Positions 52,329 to 64,000 of a stretch of DNA of 64,000 bases are shown piece by piece. Within the stretch, counting starts at the first letter, position 1; each line of letters starts with the position of its first letter. The stretch covers positions 1-64,000 of the forward strand of contig CAWHTE010000011.1 of assembly GCA_963832165.1 (NCBI GenBank), given 5' to 3'. Origin of the DNA: an uncultured delta proteobacterium. GTDB taxonomy: Bacteria > Myxococcota_A > UBA9160 > SMWR01. Below the pieces are notes generated by a model, which was not told where the DNA came from, searched no databases, and was given only the letters and a program-made list of their open reading frames with translations. The position numbers were made by a program, and so were the translations under genes.

Positions 52329-53621
52329 ATGACGGGCAGGAACGCGATCACAGCTCTCGGGGCCGCACTCGCGGCATGCGCGCTCGGCTGCGGGTCGGGC
52401 GAGGAGTCGAAGCCCGCCGCGGCGCAGGCGCCGCCGGCCGCGGCTCCGGCGCCGCGCGCGACGCCCGCCGACCTGCCCACGGGCCTCGTGCTCTCGCTCG
52501 CGCAGTTCGAGATGAAGGACGGCAAGTCGGTACCGGGCGCGGCGCGGCTCGAGTTTCTCGCGCGCAGCGGCGGCGCCTGGCGCATGACCGCGCTCGAGGA
52601 CCCGCAGAGCAACGTCTTCCACAAGGCGATGCTCTACCCGGCCGAGGACGGCGCGCGCCTGCTCACGCTCGGCGGCAGCGCCGCGATCGTGAAGGCTTGG
52701 AAGAAGACCGCAGCCGGCGCGCTCGAGGGCGCGGTCCTGTGGCAGAAGGACTTCGGCGGCAAGTTCAGCCGGATGCGCGACGCCGAGATCGCCGACCTGT
52801 ACGGCGACGGGAAGCAGGACATCGCGGTGGCCACGCACGACCAGGGCGTGGTCGCGGTGCTGCGCCCGAGCGAGTCCGGCTTCACTGCGGTGGAGCTCGA
52901 CCGCCAGAAGGACATCTTCGTGCACGAGGTCGAGGTCGGAGATCTCGATCGCGACGGGAAGCCCGAGGTGTACGCGACGCCGAGCGAGCCGAACCGGCTC
53001 ACCGCGGGTGCATCACAGGCCGGCCACGTGGTCCGCTACGTGCCCGCGGCGGACAAGAAGCGCGAAGTGGTCGCGGACCTCGGCGACCGCCACGCCAAGG
53101 AGATCCTGGTCGCCGACGTGGACGGCGATGGAACCGACGAGCTCTACGTCTCGGTCGAAGGGCACGTGAACGAGGCGAAGGAGCTCGTGAACGCGGTAGA
53201 GATCCGGCGCTACGACGCGGGCACGCCGCCGGACGCGGGCGCGCTGATCGCGACGATCGACGATCGACTGTCGCGCTTCCTCACCGCCGGCGACGTGGAC
53301 GGCGACGGCAAGAAGGAGCTCGTGGCAGCCGCGTTCAGCAGCGGGCTCTGGCTGCTCCGGCCCGGAGCCGACGCGAAGGCGCGCTGGTCGGTCGAGTCGA
53401 TCGATCGCGACTCCGCGGGCTTCGAGCACGCGTCGATCCTGTGCGACCTCGACGGCGACGGAACCGACGAGCTCTACGTGGCGAGCGACAAGCACAAGCA
53501 GGTGCGGCGCTACGCCTGGGACGGCCGCAAGCTCGCGCGCGAAGTGATCTATTCGCGTCCCGACGACCGCCCCATCTTTACATGGAACGTCATGCCGATC
53601 CCGCGGGAACTGATCCCGTAG
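52329..53621 (+). CDS. FG-GAP/VCBS repeat lipoprotein
   Basis: Lipobox CALGC; five D[LV][DY]GDGxx[ED] repeats. Confidence 0.82.
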   Translation: MTGRNAITALGAALAACALGCGSGEESKPAAAQAPPAAAPAPRATPADLPTGLVLSLAQFEMKDGKSVPGAARLEFLARSGGAWRMTALEDPQSNVFHKAMLYPAEDGARLLTLGGSAAIVKAWKKTAAGALEGAVLWQKDFGGKFSRMRDAEIADLYGDGKQDIAVATHDQGVVAVLRPSESGFTAVELDRQKDIFVHEVEVGDLDRDGKPEVYATPSEPNRLTAGASQAGHVVRYVPAADKKREVVADLGDRHAKEILVADVDGDGTDELYVSVEGHVNEAKELVNAVEIRRYDAGTPPDAGALIATIDDRLSRFLTAGDVDGDGKKELVAAAFSSGLWLLRPGADAKARWSVESIDRDSAGFEHASILCDLDGDGTDELYVASDKHKQVRRYAWDGRKLAREVIYSRPDDRPIFTWNVMPIPRELIP

Positions 53622-53791
53622 GCCACGCCGCGATCCCCCCGACATCCACAGGTTGGCTCAAGTTCTGCACAGGTTTCCCCGACCCCGATGGCCGCGCCTC
53701 GGACGGCTGCGGTTGTCAGGGTCCCATGGCTTGGGCTAATCCGGGGGGTCTCCGAAACCGGGCCCCAGGGCCCCGGGGGTAGACGAGGCAG

Positions 53792-56548
<2,757 letters not shown>

Positions 56549-56571
56549 TTGCCAGCGCGCGTTCGAGCTTG

Positions 56572-57738
56572 CTAGTTGGAGCGCCGCGACGCCCAGTGGC
56601 AGCCCGCGAGGACTAGCAGCGCGGCGATCGCGCCCGCACTCGCCCCCGGCTCCGGCACCTCGAGCGTGACGATCCCGCGCCCCGCATTCCCCCCGAACAG
56701 CGAGCGCCGGCCCAGCGAGCCGGAGACGAGCTGGATCTTCCCGGCGCCCATCGCCGTGCGCTTGTCGTAGCCGGTGAGCATGTACGACTCGATTCCGGCC
56801 ACGGTGTTGACCTTGACCGTCAGCATGCCCTGCGTCCATGGCCCGCCGAAGGTCGCGGTCGTGCGGTTCGAAAGCGCTTTGGGTTGGACCACGTTACCGA
56901 CCTTGTTGATGACCCCGCACACGTTGTGGATGGCGGATCGGAGAGGTCCTTTTCCAGCGTTATGCTGGGAGTACCAGCCGAACTCCATCCCCTGGGCCAG
57001 GTTGGGCGGCGAGATCGCATTCGGAAAGAACACAAAGCCGGGGACCGTAGCCGCAACCGCGACCGCGAACTTCCCCTGATTCGTCACGCTGCCGGCACCA
57101 CCGAGCATCTTTCCGGTCCGCGTGTACTTCATGAATCCGGGGATCACGGCCATCTGGGTTCCCGGTCCCGGACACGGATTCGGGGAGGAGAAGCAGCTCG
57201 GGACCGTCACGAAGCCGCTTCCAGCGCATCCTGGGTTCAGCCCCATCGTCACCGTCGAGGTAGAGCCCGGGCAAAACGAGACGACGTCGGGGCCGGTGCG
57301 GCCCTTGCCGCCGCCGCCGCCGGGCACCTTCCCGGAGCCGGGCTTGATCGTCCAGCCCGGCTTCGCAGGGACTTGGACGATCAAGTTCGTGTAGACCTGC
57401 CGCAGAATCGGCGCTTGCGAAAGGGAACCGCGAACCTGGGGAAGCTGCGGGTTGCCGGGGCCGCGCAACGTGAACTGGCTGGCCGGAATCATGATCGACC
57501 CGCCGACCCCGCTGGTGGTGGTGATCATCGCGCCGGCCACCGCCTTGATCCCGTCGATGCCACCGTTCGGGACGCACGCCTTCGTACCCGGTTGGATCGG
57601 CATCCCGATGTCCTGCCGCCCGGCGATGTCGAACTGAACCTTGCCCGACAGCGAACGGGTCACCTGAGCCTGCGCGGAGCCCGAACCGGCCACCCACGCC
57701 AGCACGCATACGCACACGAGCGATCGCCTGTGCACCAT
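56572..57738 (-). CDS. Secreted PEP-CTERM-type surface protein
   Basis: Signal peptide ending AQA; Gly/Pro/Thr-rich body; VPEPG + TM helix + RR. Confidence 0.75.
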   Translation of the reverse strand: MVHRRSLVCVCVLAWVAGSGSAQAQVTRSLSGKVQFDIAGRQDIGMPIQPGTKACVPNGGIDGIKAVAGAMITTTSGVGGSIMIPASQFTLRGPGNPQLPQVRGSLSQAPILRQVYTNLIVQVPAKPGWTIKPGSGKVPGGGGGKGRTGPDVVSFCPGSTSTVTMGLNPGCAGSGFVTVPSCFSSPNPCPGPGTQMAVIPGFMKYTRTGKMLGGAGSVTNQGKFAVAVAATVPGFVFFPNAISPPNLAQGMEFGWYSQHNAGKGPLRSAIHNVCGVINKVGNVVQPKALSNRTTATFGGPWTQGMLTVKVNTVAGIESYMLTGYDKRTAMGAGKIQLVSGSLGRRSLFGGNAGRGIVTLEVPEPGASAGAIAALLVLAGCHWASRRSN

Positions 57739-57993
57739 GGCTGCGACCTCGAAGCGGCCACCCACCCTATCACCGTCCCGAGACGTTGGGGCAATAATCC
57801 CGATCGAAGGGCGAGGGATGACCTCGCGCCCACCCGGGGGTATAAAGGTCCCAGCAACGGACCCCCCGTTGGGTAACGGCAACTGCTGCGTGCCAGGGGA
57901 TTCGTTCGAGGGCTCCGACAGCCCGGTGCGGCCGGTCGGCGGCGCGCGTCTGCGCCGCACGGATCGCTTCGCGCCGCGGGGCTCTCGCTCGCG

Positions 57994-60900
57994 TTGGGCA
58001 TGCTCGCGGCGCCGGGTGCGCGCGCCGTCGACGCGCTCGACGGCCGCGTGGAGCTGCACGGCCACGTCGAGACCCAGATGCGCGGGATCAGCGAGAAGTT
58101 CTCGCAGGAGCTCGACCTCGCGCAGTGGTACAACATCCTCGAGCTCGAGATCGACGCCCACGTGCTGCCGGACGGTTGGGGCCCGATCAACGTGATGAGC
58201 GCGCACGTGCGCGCCGAGGGTCGCTACGACGCGATCTACTCCGAGGGCTTCCGGATGTTCCCGAGCATCAACACCTACGGGAACCACGCGCGCCGGCTGC
58301 CCAAGCGGCTGCGCGACGCGAAGGACCCCGACCTCGCGGGCGTGACGCAGGGCCCGGAGGGCAGCGCTGCGCGGATCGCGGACGAGAAGCCGGCGCCGCT
58401 CGCGCCGGTCGGCGAGCGCCGCGGCATCCCCGACTACGACATCTTCTTCCGCCAGGCCGGCGGCGACGACGTGATCGGCACCGCCGACGATCCGGCGCGT
58501 TATGCGAACGCGCGCATCCTCGACTACCGCTATGCGCTCACCGACGTGCACGGACCGGGCGGACCCGGCAGCACGCGCGTGCTCGGTCCCTGGCTGCCCA
58601 AGAACATCCTCGTGGCCTCGGCGCTCGGGCTCGACCGGGCCAATCCGCTGCGCGGCCGGATTCCCGCCGTGGCGATCCCGTCGGGGTGGACCGGCAGCGC
58701 GGGCGGCGAGTTCAGCGATCCGGCCGCGGTGCGCTTCTACGCGGGCGATCCCCAGCTCGCGGGGTTCTCCGCCGGAGAGCTCGCGGGCTTCTCGATCGAC
58801 GCGCTCGATCCGAGCAGCGCGGTCGCGATCGCGCTGTTCGCGCCCGACACCGTGATCAGCGATCTATCGCGCAGCAAGTGCGAGCGCGCCGGCATCGCGA
58901 ACTGCACGGTCGGCACGGCCTTCACCGATCCGGACACAGGTCGCCTTTACACGGTGAGAGCACTCAACGGCTTTGCGGCGACGCCGGTCGCGGGTGCGGG
59001 CGACTTCTCGCGGGGCACCTCGACCGACCTCGACGGCAACTTCGTGCCCGCGTTCGCGTTCGGCGGCGACTCCAGCGGGGTCGTGCCCTGCGTCGATCCG
59101 GCCGATCCCGAGCTCGCACCAGCCCAGCGCGGCGGGCTCGCCGAGAACACGGGCTGTCTGCCGGGCTCGCTCGAGACGGTGACCGAGGGCGGTGTCACGC
59201 GCTACGGCGAGCGCGTGACGAGCCCGCAGAACCTGCGCCTGATCGGCGGCCGCGGCGAGGCGCCGTTCCGCCCCGCGCCGGACCTCGCGAGCACCGCGCT
59301 CGGCAACGCGGCGCTGCTCGACGCGCAGGGGCTCTACCTGCCGAGCGTCGGGCTGCGCCACACGCTGCGCTCGGGCGATCTCGACCCGCTGATGTTCAAC
59401 TTCAGCGAGTCCGAGCGCGCGTGGAACCGCGGCGCGAGCCAGCAGCGCACCAAGGAGCTCAAGGAGGCCTATCTCGACTTCGAGACGCTCGACCACCGGC
59501 TCTGGATGCGGCTCGGGCTGCAGAACATCGTGTGGGGCAAGACCGAGATCTTCCGCACCACCGATCAGTGGAATCCTCAGGATCTCGCACTCTCGTCGCT
59601 GCCCACGCTCGAGGAGTCGCGCATCGCGCTCTGGTCGGCGCGCGCGATCTACTCGCTCTACGACGTGGGTCCGCTCCAGGACGTGCGGCTCGAGGTCGCG
59701 GCGAATCTCGACAAGTTCGAGCCGGCCGACCTCGGCGCGTGCGGCGAGCCCTACGCAGCCGACACCGTGTGCGCGCTCACGTACGCGATCGCGACGCACT
59801 CGTATCTGGGCGTCGGGATCGCGGGCGTCGACCGGCCCGAGAGCCCGTGGAAGGAGCCCTCCGACCTCGAGATCGGCGGGAGGATCGAGTGGCGCTGGGA
59901 TCGCTTCACGTTCGCGCTCACCGACTTCTGGGGCCACGGCGATCTCCCGTACGCGGATGCGATCTTCTTCTACGACCGCGGCGTCGACGTCGCGACCGGG
60001 CGACCCGTGGTGGCGCGCCTGCCAGGCCAGGCGCTCGGCACCTGCGCGCGCGGCGGACAGATCGCTCCCGATCCCCTGAACAAGCCGACCCCGACGTCAC
60101 CCGGGCTCGCGTACAGCACCGCGTTCGCGTCGCATCCCTACTCGGTGACGACCGCGCAGAAGCCGTACGCGCTCTCGGGCGCGGGTACCGACGCGCTTCC
60201 CAACGGAGGGGGACCGCTCGACGGAACGACCGCGATCCGCGGCGGCATCGGCAGCGATCCGGACTGCCTGCGGCCCGGCGGCGCGCCCGGCTTCGCAAAC
60301 GCGTTCTCGCTCGATCCGACCGCGCTCGTCGCGGTCACCAACGCACTGCAGTTCCAGTCGTCGAATCAGCAGCTGTTCGCGTGGACGTGCCTCGCGACGG
60401 TCGGGATCGCGGCCGCGCTCGAGCCCGGCGCGTGCGCGTGGACGTTCTTCGCGAGCGGCGACAATCTGCGCAGCGCGGGAGTGCCCGCCGGCGAGGCGTT
60501 CGCGACGATCTTCGCGGGCGATCCCGACGGACCGACCACCGTGCGCCGGATGCAGGTCGTGCACAACTTCCAGAAGGACCCGGCGCGCAACGGTCCGCTG
60601 ATCGCGTTTCCGGTCGCATCGATCAACCGGCTCGCGAACGACCCGCAGGCGCCGTTCGACCGGAACGGCGACGGCGTCGTCGACGACGGTGCGGGCTGCG
60701 CCGATGACGATCCGGCCACGCCGTGCGACCTCGGCGGCTTCGACGGCTTCGACACGCGCACGATCCGCGCGCGCGCGCAGGACGCGGGTGCGCCCACGCT
60801 CGACAGCTCGCTCACGAACGAGCAGCGCGCGCTGCTGGGCTGCGGGCCGTTCTACGGCGTGCGCTGCGACAGCGCGGTACGCGAGACCACCACGCTGCAG

Positions 60901-62631
60901 TTCCCGCAGTCGGGTCCGTTCGGCGGCCTCGACTTCCTGAACACGGAAGCGTCGGTGCTCGTGCAGTCGTGGCTCGGCGTCGAGGGCACGCTGCCCGGGC
61001 AGACGCTCTCCGACAACCTGCCGCAGCCGGGCACGATCGGACCGCTCGGCCCCGCGCAGGCGCTCGGCGGGGGCTCGTCGCTGCGCACCAACGTGCCGTT
61101 CCTGGGCGGACCGGCCTGCACGCGCTTCGTCGCGAGTGCCGGGCTCGTGAAGCTGCCGGGCTGTCGCGGGATCGAGGCGCTGTCGGTGGTGTACGCCGAT
61201 CCGAACGGGATCCCCGGCGACGGCGACGACGTTCCGACGCGCGTGCAGGTCGCGTTCGAGGCCGGCTATCTGCCCTCGATCGACGGCTGCATCCTCGGCG
61301 ATGTGATCCGCCAGCGCGGCGCCGGCGCGCCGAGCGTGCCCGTGACCGCGGTGGGCGCGTCGGCCGACCTCGCGCGCGAGCTCGCGCTGTGCAGCGGCGC
61401 GACCGCGCGGCGCGCGGTTCCCGCCACGGTGATCACCGGCTTCGACGCAAACCAGAATCCGATCCAGGCCCCGAATCCGGATCCGACCTGCATCCCCCGC
61501 AACCTGGGCGGCGCCTTCATCACCGAGAACGGCGCCACGCGCAACGTGTTCGTGTGTCGCTCGCAGCAGGTCACGCTGGCCGACCTGCCCCTGATCCACC
61601 CGACCGCGGGCTGCATCGACTCGCCGACCAACCCGCGCGGCGTGCCGAGCTGCTTCGAGTGGGCGAATCGCGACCTCGTCGCGGAGCTGTTCGCGGGCAC
61701 CGCCCAGCTGTTCCAGAACGAGCTCGCCGCGTTCTCGTACAACTTCCTCACCTTCCTCGCGATCTCGTCGTGCGATCTGCACACGAAGGATCTCGACGGC
61801 AAGGACCACGACGCCGATGGCGCACTCGCGGCCGATCCCGAGTGCTTCCTGCCCACGGCGCCCTATCAGCCCGGGCGCTGCTCGCTGTCCACGCCGCAGC
61901 TGTGCGCGAACGTGAAGAACTTCCTCGCCGCGGTCGGCGTCACGCGCAACACCGTGCGCGCGGCGGGCAACGAGCGCTTCGGGCGCCGCACCTTCATCTG
62001 GCACAGCGGCGGAGAGGTGGTGCTGCGCTACGACCAGCACAACGTGCTCGGCTTCGCGACCGACTTCGCGGAGGACCGCACGCAGACGAGCTGGGGCCTC
62101 GAGTTCACGTGGGTCGAGGGGGTGCCCTACTCCGACGCCGACGAGCCGAGTGGACTCAGCGACACGGACGAGCTCAACTTCGCTCTCTCGGTCGACCGGC
62201 CCACCTTCGTGCGCTTCTTGAACGCGAACCGCGCCGTGCTGTTCAACACGCAGTGGTTCCTCCGCTACCTGCCCGAATATCGCGATGGCTTCACCGTGAA
62301 CGGTCCCGTGAACGTGTTCTTCAGCTTTGCGGTCTCGACGGGCTACTACCAGGATCGCGTGATCCCCGAGCTGCTCACCGTCTACGAGTTCGCGTCGCGC
62401 TCCGGCGGTGTGCTTCCCTCGGTGCAGTACCGCTTCACCGACTCGCTCTCGGTCACGTTCGGCGTGCTCTACTTCTTCGGGCGCACCGAGCTCTCCGACA
62501 TGGCGGTGCAGGAGGTCTCGCCCGTGATCAACCGGGCTCCGCCCCACGCCTATCGCCAGCCGGTCGAGAACGGCTTCTCGGACATCCGCAAGCGCGACGA
62601 GGTGTTCGTGAAGCTGCGCTGGACGTTCTGA
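57994..62631 (+). CDS. Very large DUF1302-like outer-membrane protein with Cys-rich insertions (true start probably slightly upstream)
   Basis: LKEAYLDF..MRLGLQNIVWGKTE..DQWNPQD; C-terminal beta strands ending FVKLRWTF. Confidence 0.7.
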   Translation: MGMLAAPGARAVDALDGRVELHGHVETQMRGISEKFSQELDLAQWYNILELEIDAHVLPDGWGPINVMSAHVRAEGRYDAIYSEGFRMFPSINTYGNHARRLPKRLRDAKDPDLAGVTQGPEGSAARIADEKPAPLAPVGERRGIPDYDIFFRQAGGDDVIGTADDPARYANARILDYRYALTDVHGPGGPGSTRVLGPWLPKNILVASALGLDRANPLRGRIPAVAIPSGWTGSAGGEFSDPAAVRFYAGDPQLAGFSAGELAGFSIDALDPSSAVAIALFAPDTVISDLSRSKCERAGIANCTVGTAFTDPDTGRLYTVRALNGFAATPVAGAGDFSRGTSTDLDGNFVPAFAFGGDSSGVVPCVDPADPELAPAQRGGLAENTGCLPGSLETVTEGGVTRYGERVTSPQNLRLIGGRGEAPFRPAPDLASTALGNAALLDAQGLYLPSVGLRHTLRSGDLDPLMFNFSESERAWNRGASQQRTKELKEAYLDFETLDHRLWMRLGLQNIVWGKTEIFRTTDQWNPQDLALSSLPTLEESRIALWSARAIYSLYDVGPLQDVRLEVAANLDKFEPADLGACGEPYAADTVCALTYAIATHSYLGVGIAGVDRPESPWKEPSDLEIGGRIEWRWDRFTFALTDFWGHGDLPYADAIFFYDRGVDVATGRPVVARLPGQALGTCARGGQIAPDPLNKPTPTSPGLAYSTAFASHPYSVTTAQKPYALSGAGTDALPNGGGPLDGTTAIRGGIGSDPDCLRPGGAPGFANAFSLDPTALVAVTNALQFQSSNQQLFAWTCLATVGIAAALEPGACAWTFFASGDNLRSAGVPAGEAFATIFAGDPDGPTTVRRMQVVHNFQKDPARNGPLIAFPVASINRLANDPQAPFDRNGDGVVDDGAGCADDDPATPCDLGGFDGFDTRTIRARAQDAGAPTLDSSLTNEQRALLGCGPFYGVRCDSAVRETTTLQFPQSGPFGGLDFLNTEASVLVQSWLGVEGTLPGQTLSDNLPQPGTIGPLGPAQALGGGSSLRTNVPFLGGPACTRFVASAGLVKLPGCRGIEALSVVYADPNGIPGDGDDVPTRVQVAFEAGYLPSIDGCILGDVIRQRGAGAPSVPVTAVGASADLARELALCSGATARRAVPATVITGFDANQNPIQAPNPDPTCIPRNLGGAFITENGATRNVFVCRSQQVTLADLPLIHPTAGCIDSPTNPRGVPSCFEWANRDLVAELFAGTAQLFQNELAAFSYNFLTFLAISSCDLHTKDLDGKDHDADGALAADPECFLPTAPYQPGRCSLSTPQLCANVKNFLAAVGVTRNTVRAAGNERFGRRTFIWHSGGEVVLRYDQHNVLGFATDFAEDRTQTSWGLEFTWVEGVPYSDADEPSGLSDTDELNFALSVDRPTFVRFLNANRAVLFNTQWFLRYLPEYRDGFTVNGPVNVFFSFAVSTGYYQDRVIPELLTVYEFASRSGGVLPSVQYRFTDSLSVTFGVLYFFGRTELSDMAVQEVSPVINRAPPHAYRQPVENGFSDIRKRDEVFVKLRWTF

Positions 62632-62772
62632 CGGAGCGCTCGAAGCTACTCGGTCCCATTAGAAGACCGGTGTCGTGCGGGCGCGGGTTTTGGCTTTGAG
62701 GGATGTGATGGATTCGATTCCTTCCCTCAATGCCCAACAGCGGGCCGATCGGGCATCGAGCGCCGTGTTGTA

Positions 62773-63447
62773 CTACGCGCTCCCCGGCACCTCCGCGGGA
62801 TCCACCAGCCCCCGCCGTCGCCATCCTTCCCTCAAGAGCCAGAACCGCGGCCGCGCCACTGGCGATGAGCCCTGTGGGCCCGCGATCGGTGGCGGCCGCT
62901 TCCATCCGTCGAACCAGGCGCCGGACGAAGCGATGTCGAGCACCACTGGCGGGGCGATCCCATTCCGCTGGCGCCAGTGCTTTCGCGCGTTCAGAAGCAC
63001 GTACGCCAGCGCATTCCGCACTTCGCGGGGGGTCCGCAGCACGCGCAGGTGGTAACGACCGAATAGAACAGGGCCTACGCCTCCGAACACCCGGTTCACC
63101 GTCCGCGCGAGCCGGATTCCCACCGACTTCATGCCGCGCCCCAGGGCCTCCTTGCCGGCGGCCTCGACCACGAAGTGCACGTGGTCGCGCTGGATCGAGT
63201 ACTGGCAGACGCGGAACTCGCCGCGCTCGCAGCCGACGCGCATTCGCGACTGAAAGTCGCGGAGAAAGCGGCGGCTGCGCAGCGACGGAACATCCTGCCG
63301 CACACGCAGCGTGACGTGCGCCGGGCTGCCCTTGGGCACTTTCGGCCGCCGGACGTGATGAACGGGCGGCCGCGCTGACGCTGGTTTCCGCCCCGCGCCT
63401 TCGCGCTTGCCACCGTGGCCGCGAAACTTCATTTCGAGCTGAGCCAT
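62773..63447 (-). mobile_element. HUH Y1 transposase-like protein (IS200/RAYT superfamily)
   Basis: HVTLR, DHVHFVVEA (HUH), GRYH, AYVLLNARKH (catalytic Tyr helix). Confidence 0.8.
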
Positions 63448-63678
63448 CAACTTGAATATAGCTATATATTAATGTTAGGTCAATGCGCGTGAGGCGGGAA
63501 GATCAAAGAAACGAGAAGTGAAGGCGCCGGGCGGCCTCGCCGCTGACGTAGAACCGCGCCGGCCCCTTCCCTAAAAGTGCAAAACAGCGTTCCGGGTCCG
63601 GCTCCGAGAGCGGGAGAAGGACTGACGTCAAAATCTCTGGCATGAGCCTTGCGCCCCTCTCATTCAGCGGGGCGTCTG

Positions 63679-64000
63679 CTAACGCCGAGGCACGATTAGT
63701 ACTTCGCAACCTTCGGTTATGGACTTGTAGTGCCCATCGGAAAGCCTTTGGGTCTCGACACCGCACCAATAAGCATTCTCAATCGAGGCCGGATAGCCGG
63801 GGTCTGGGTCTTTGTTGAAGCGCAGATAGTGGCCGTGCACCTCCCAAGCCCTGAGGCGAGGGACATACTCCTCACCTTCCCGATCCTGTTCGAGATGAGT
63901 GCAACAGCGGCAGCCACCTTCGGTGACGGTCTTGCCGTCCTCATCCACAACCCGGAATGACCCTTCCCGAATTGCCCCAACCCTTCGGAGGAACTGACAT
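63679..64000 (-). CDS. Hypothetical protein, 5' end beyond the window
   Basis: Frame open to the window edge; lower GC than neighbours; no recognisable motif. Confidence 0.3.
   Translation of the reverse strand, partial: CQFLRRVGAIREGSFRVVDEDGKTVTEGGCRCCTHLEQDREGEEYVPRLRAWEVHGHYLRFNKDPDPGYPASIENAYWCGVETQRLSDGHYKSITEGCEVLIVPRR

Noticed and set aside
63670..63745. Possible integron attC site (imperfect hairpin ending GTTAGCA on the minus strand)
   Set aside because: No matching RYYYAAC box, no integron integrase and no second site in the window.

Overview
The window is not one genome. It is a mosaic of at least four unrelated segments, many with single-base indels that split genes across frames (a long-read or amplification error pattern). 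(A) 1-~8470: very high GC, actinobacterial-like. It holds a dnaE fragment, a secreted alpha/beta hydrolase fragment, a regulator fragment, a stand-alone dnaE2 preceded by two LexA-type boxes, an MFS transporter and a truncated YciI. (B) ~8471-13014: lower GC, alphaproteobacterial-like. It holds an aspartic protease, DUF1289, an autotransporter barrel, dusA and a dusA-associated tyrosine integrase marking an island edge. (C) ~13015-16052: a third source with an ECF sigma fragment, a hypothetical protein, and an OmpR-type regulator plus kinase fragment. (D) ~16053-64000: a long, high-GC Gram-negative (Myxococcota-like) contig. It carries housekeeping genes (dapL, tag, oxyR, xth, speA, hisS, topoisomerase III, macAB-like), PEP-CTERM proteins, REP-like palindromes and a Y1/RAYT-like transposase. 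The best candidate for an undescribed system is an accessory locus at 35833-47124, between xth and speA. It combines two-partner secretion (TpsA plus TpsB), a signal-peptide-bearing TPR-CHAT caspase-like protease, a free DUF928 protein, an ECF sigma factor and a membrane anti-sigma factor with two zinc-finger motifs and an outer DUF928 domain. This suggests a protease-triggered trans-envelope sigma-release circuit. Taxonomic labels and family names come from motif recognition, not database searches.
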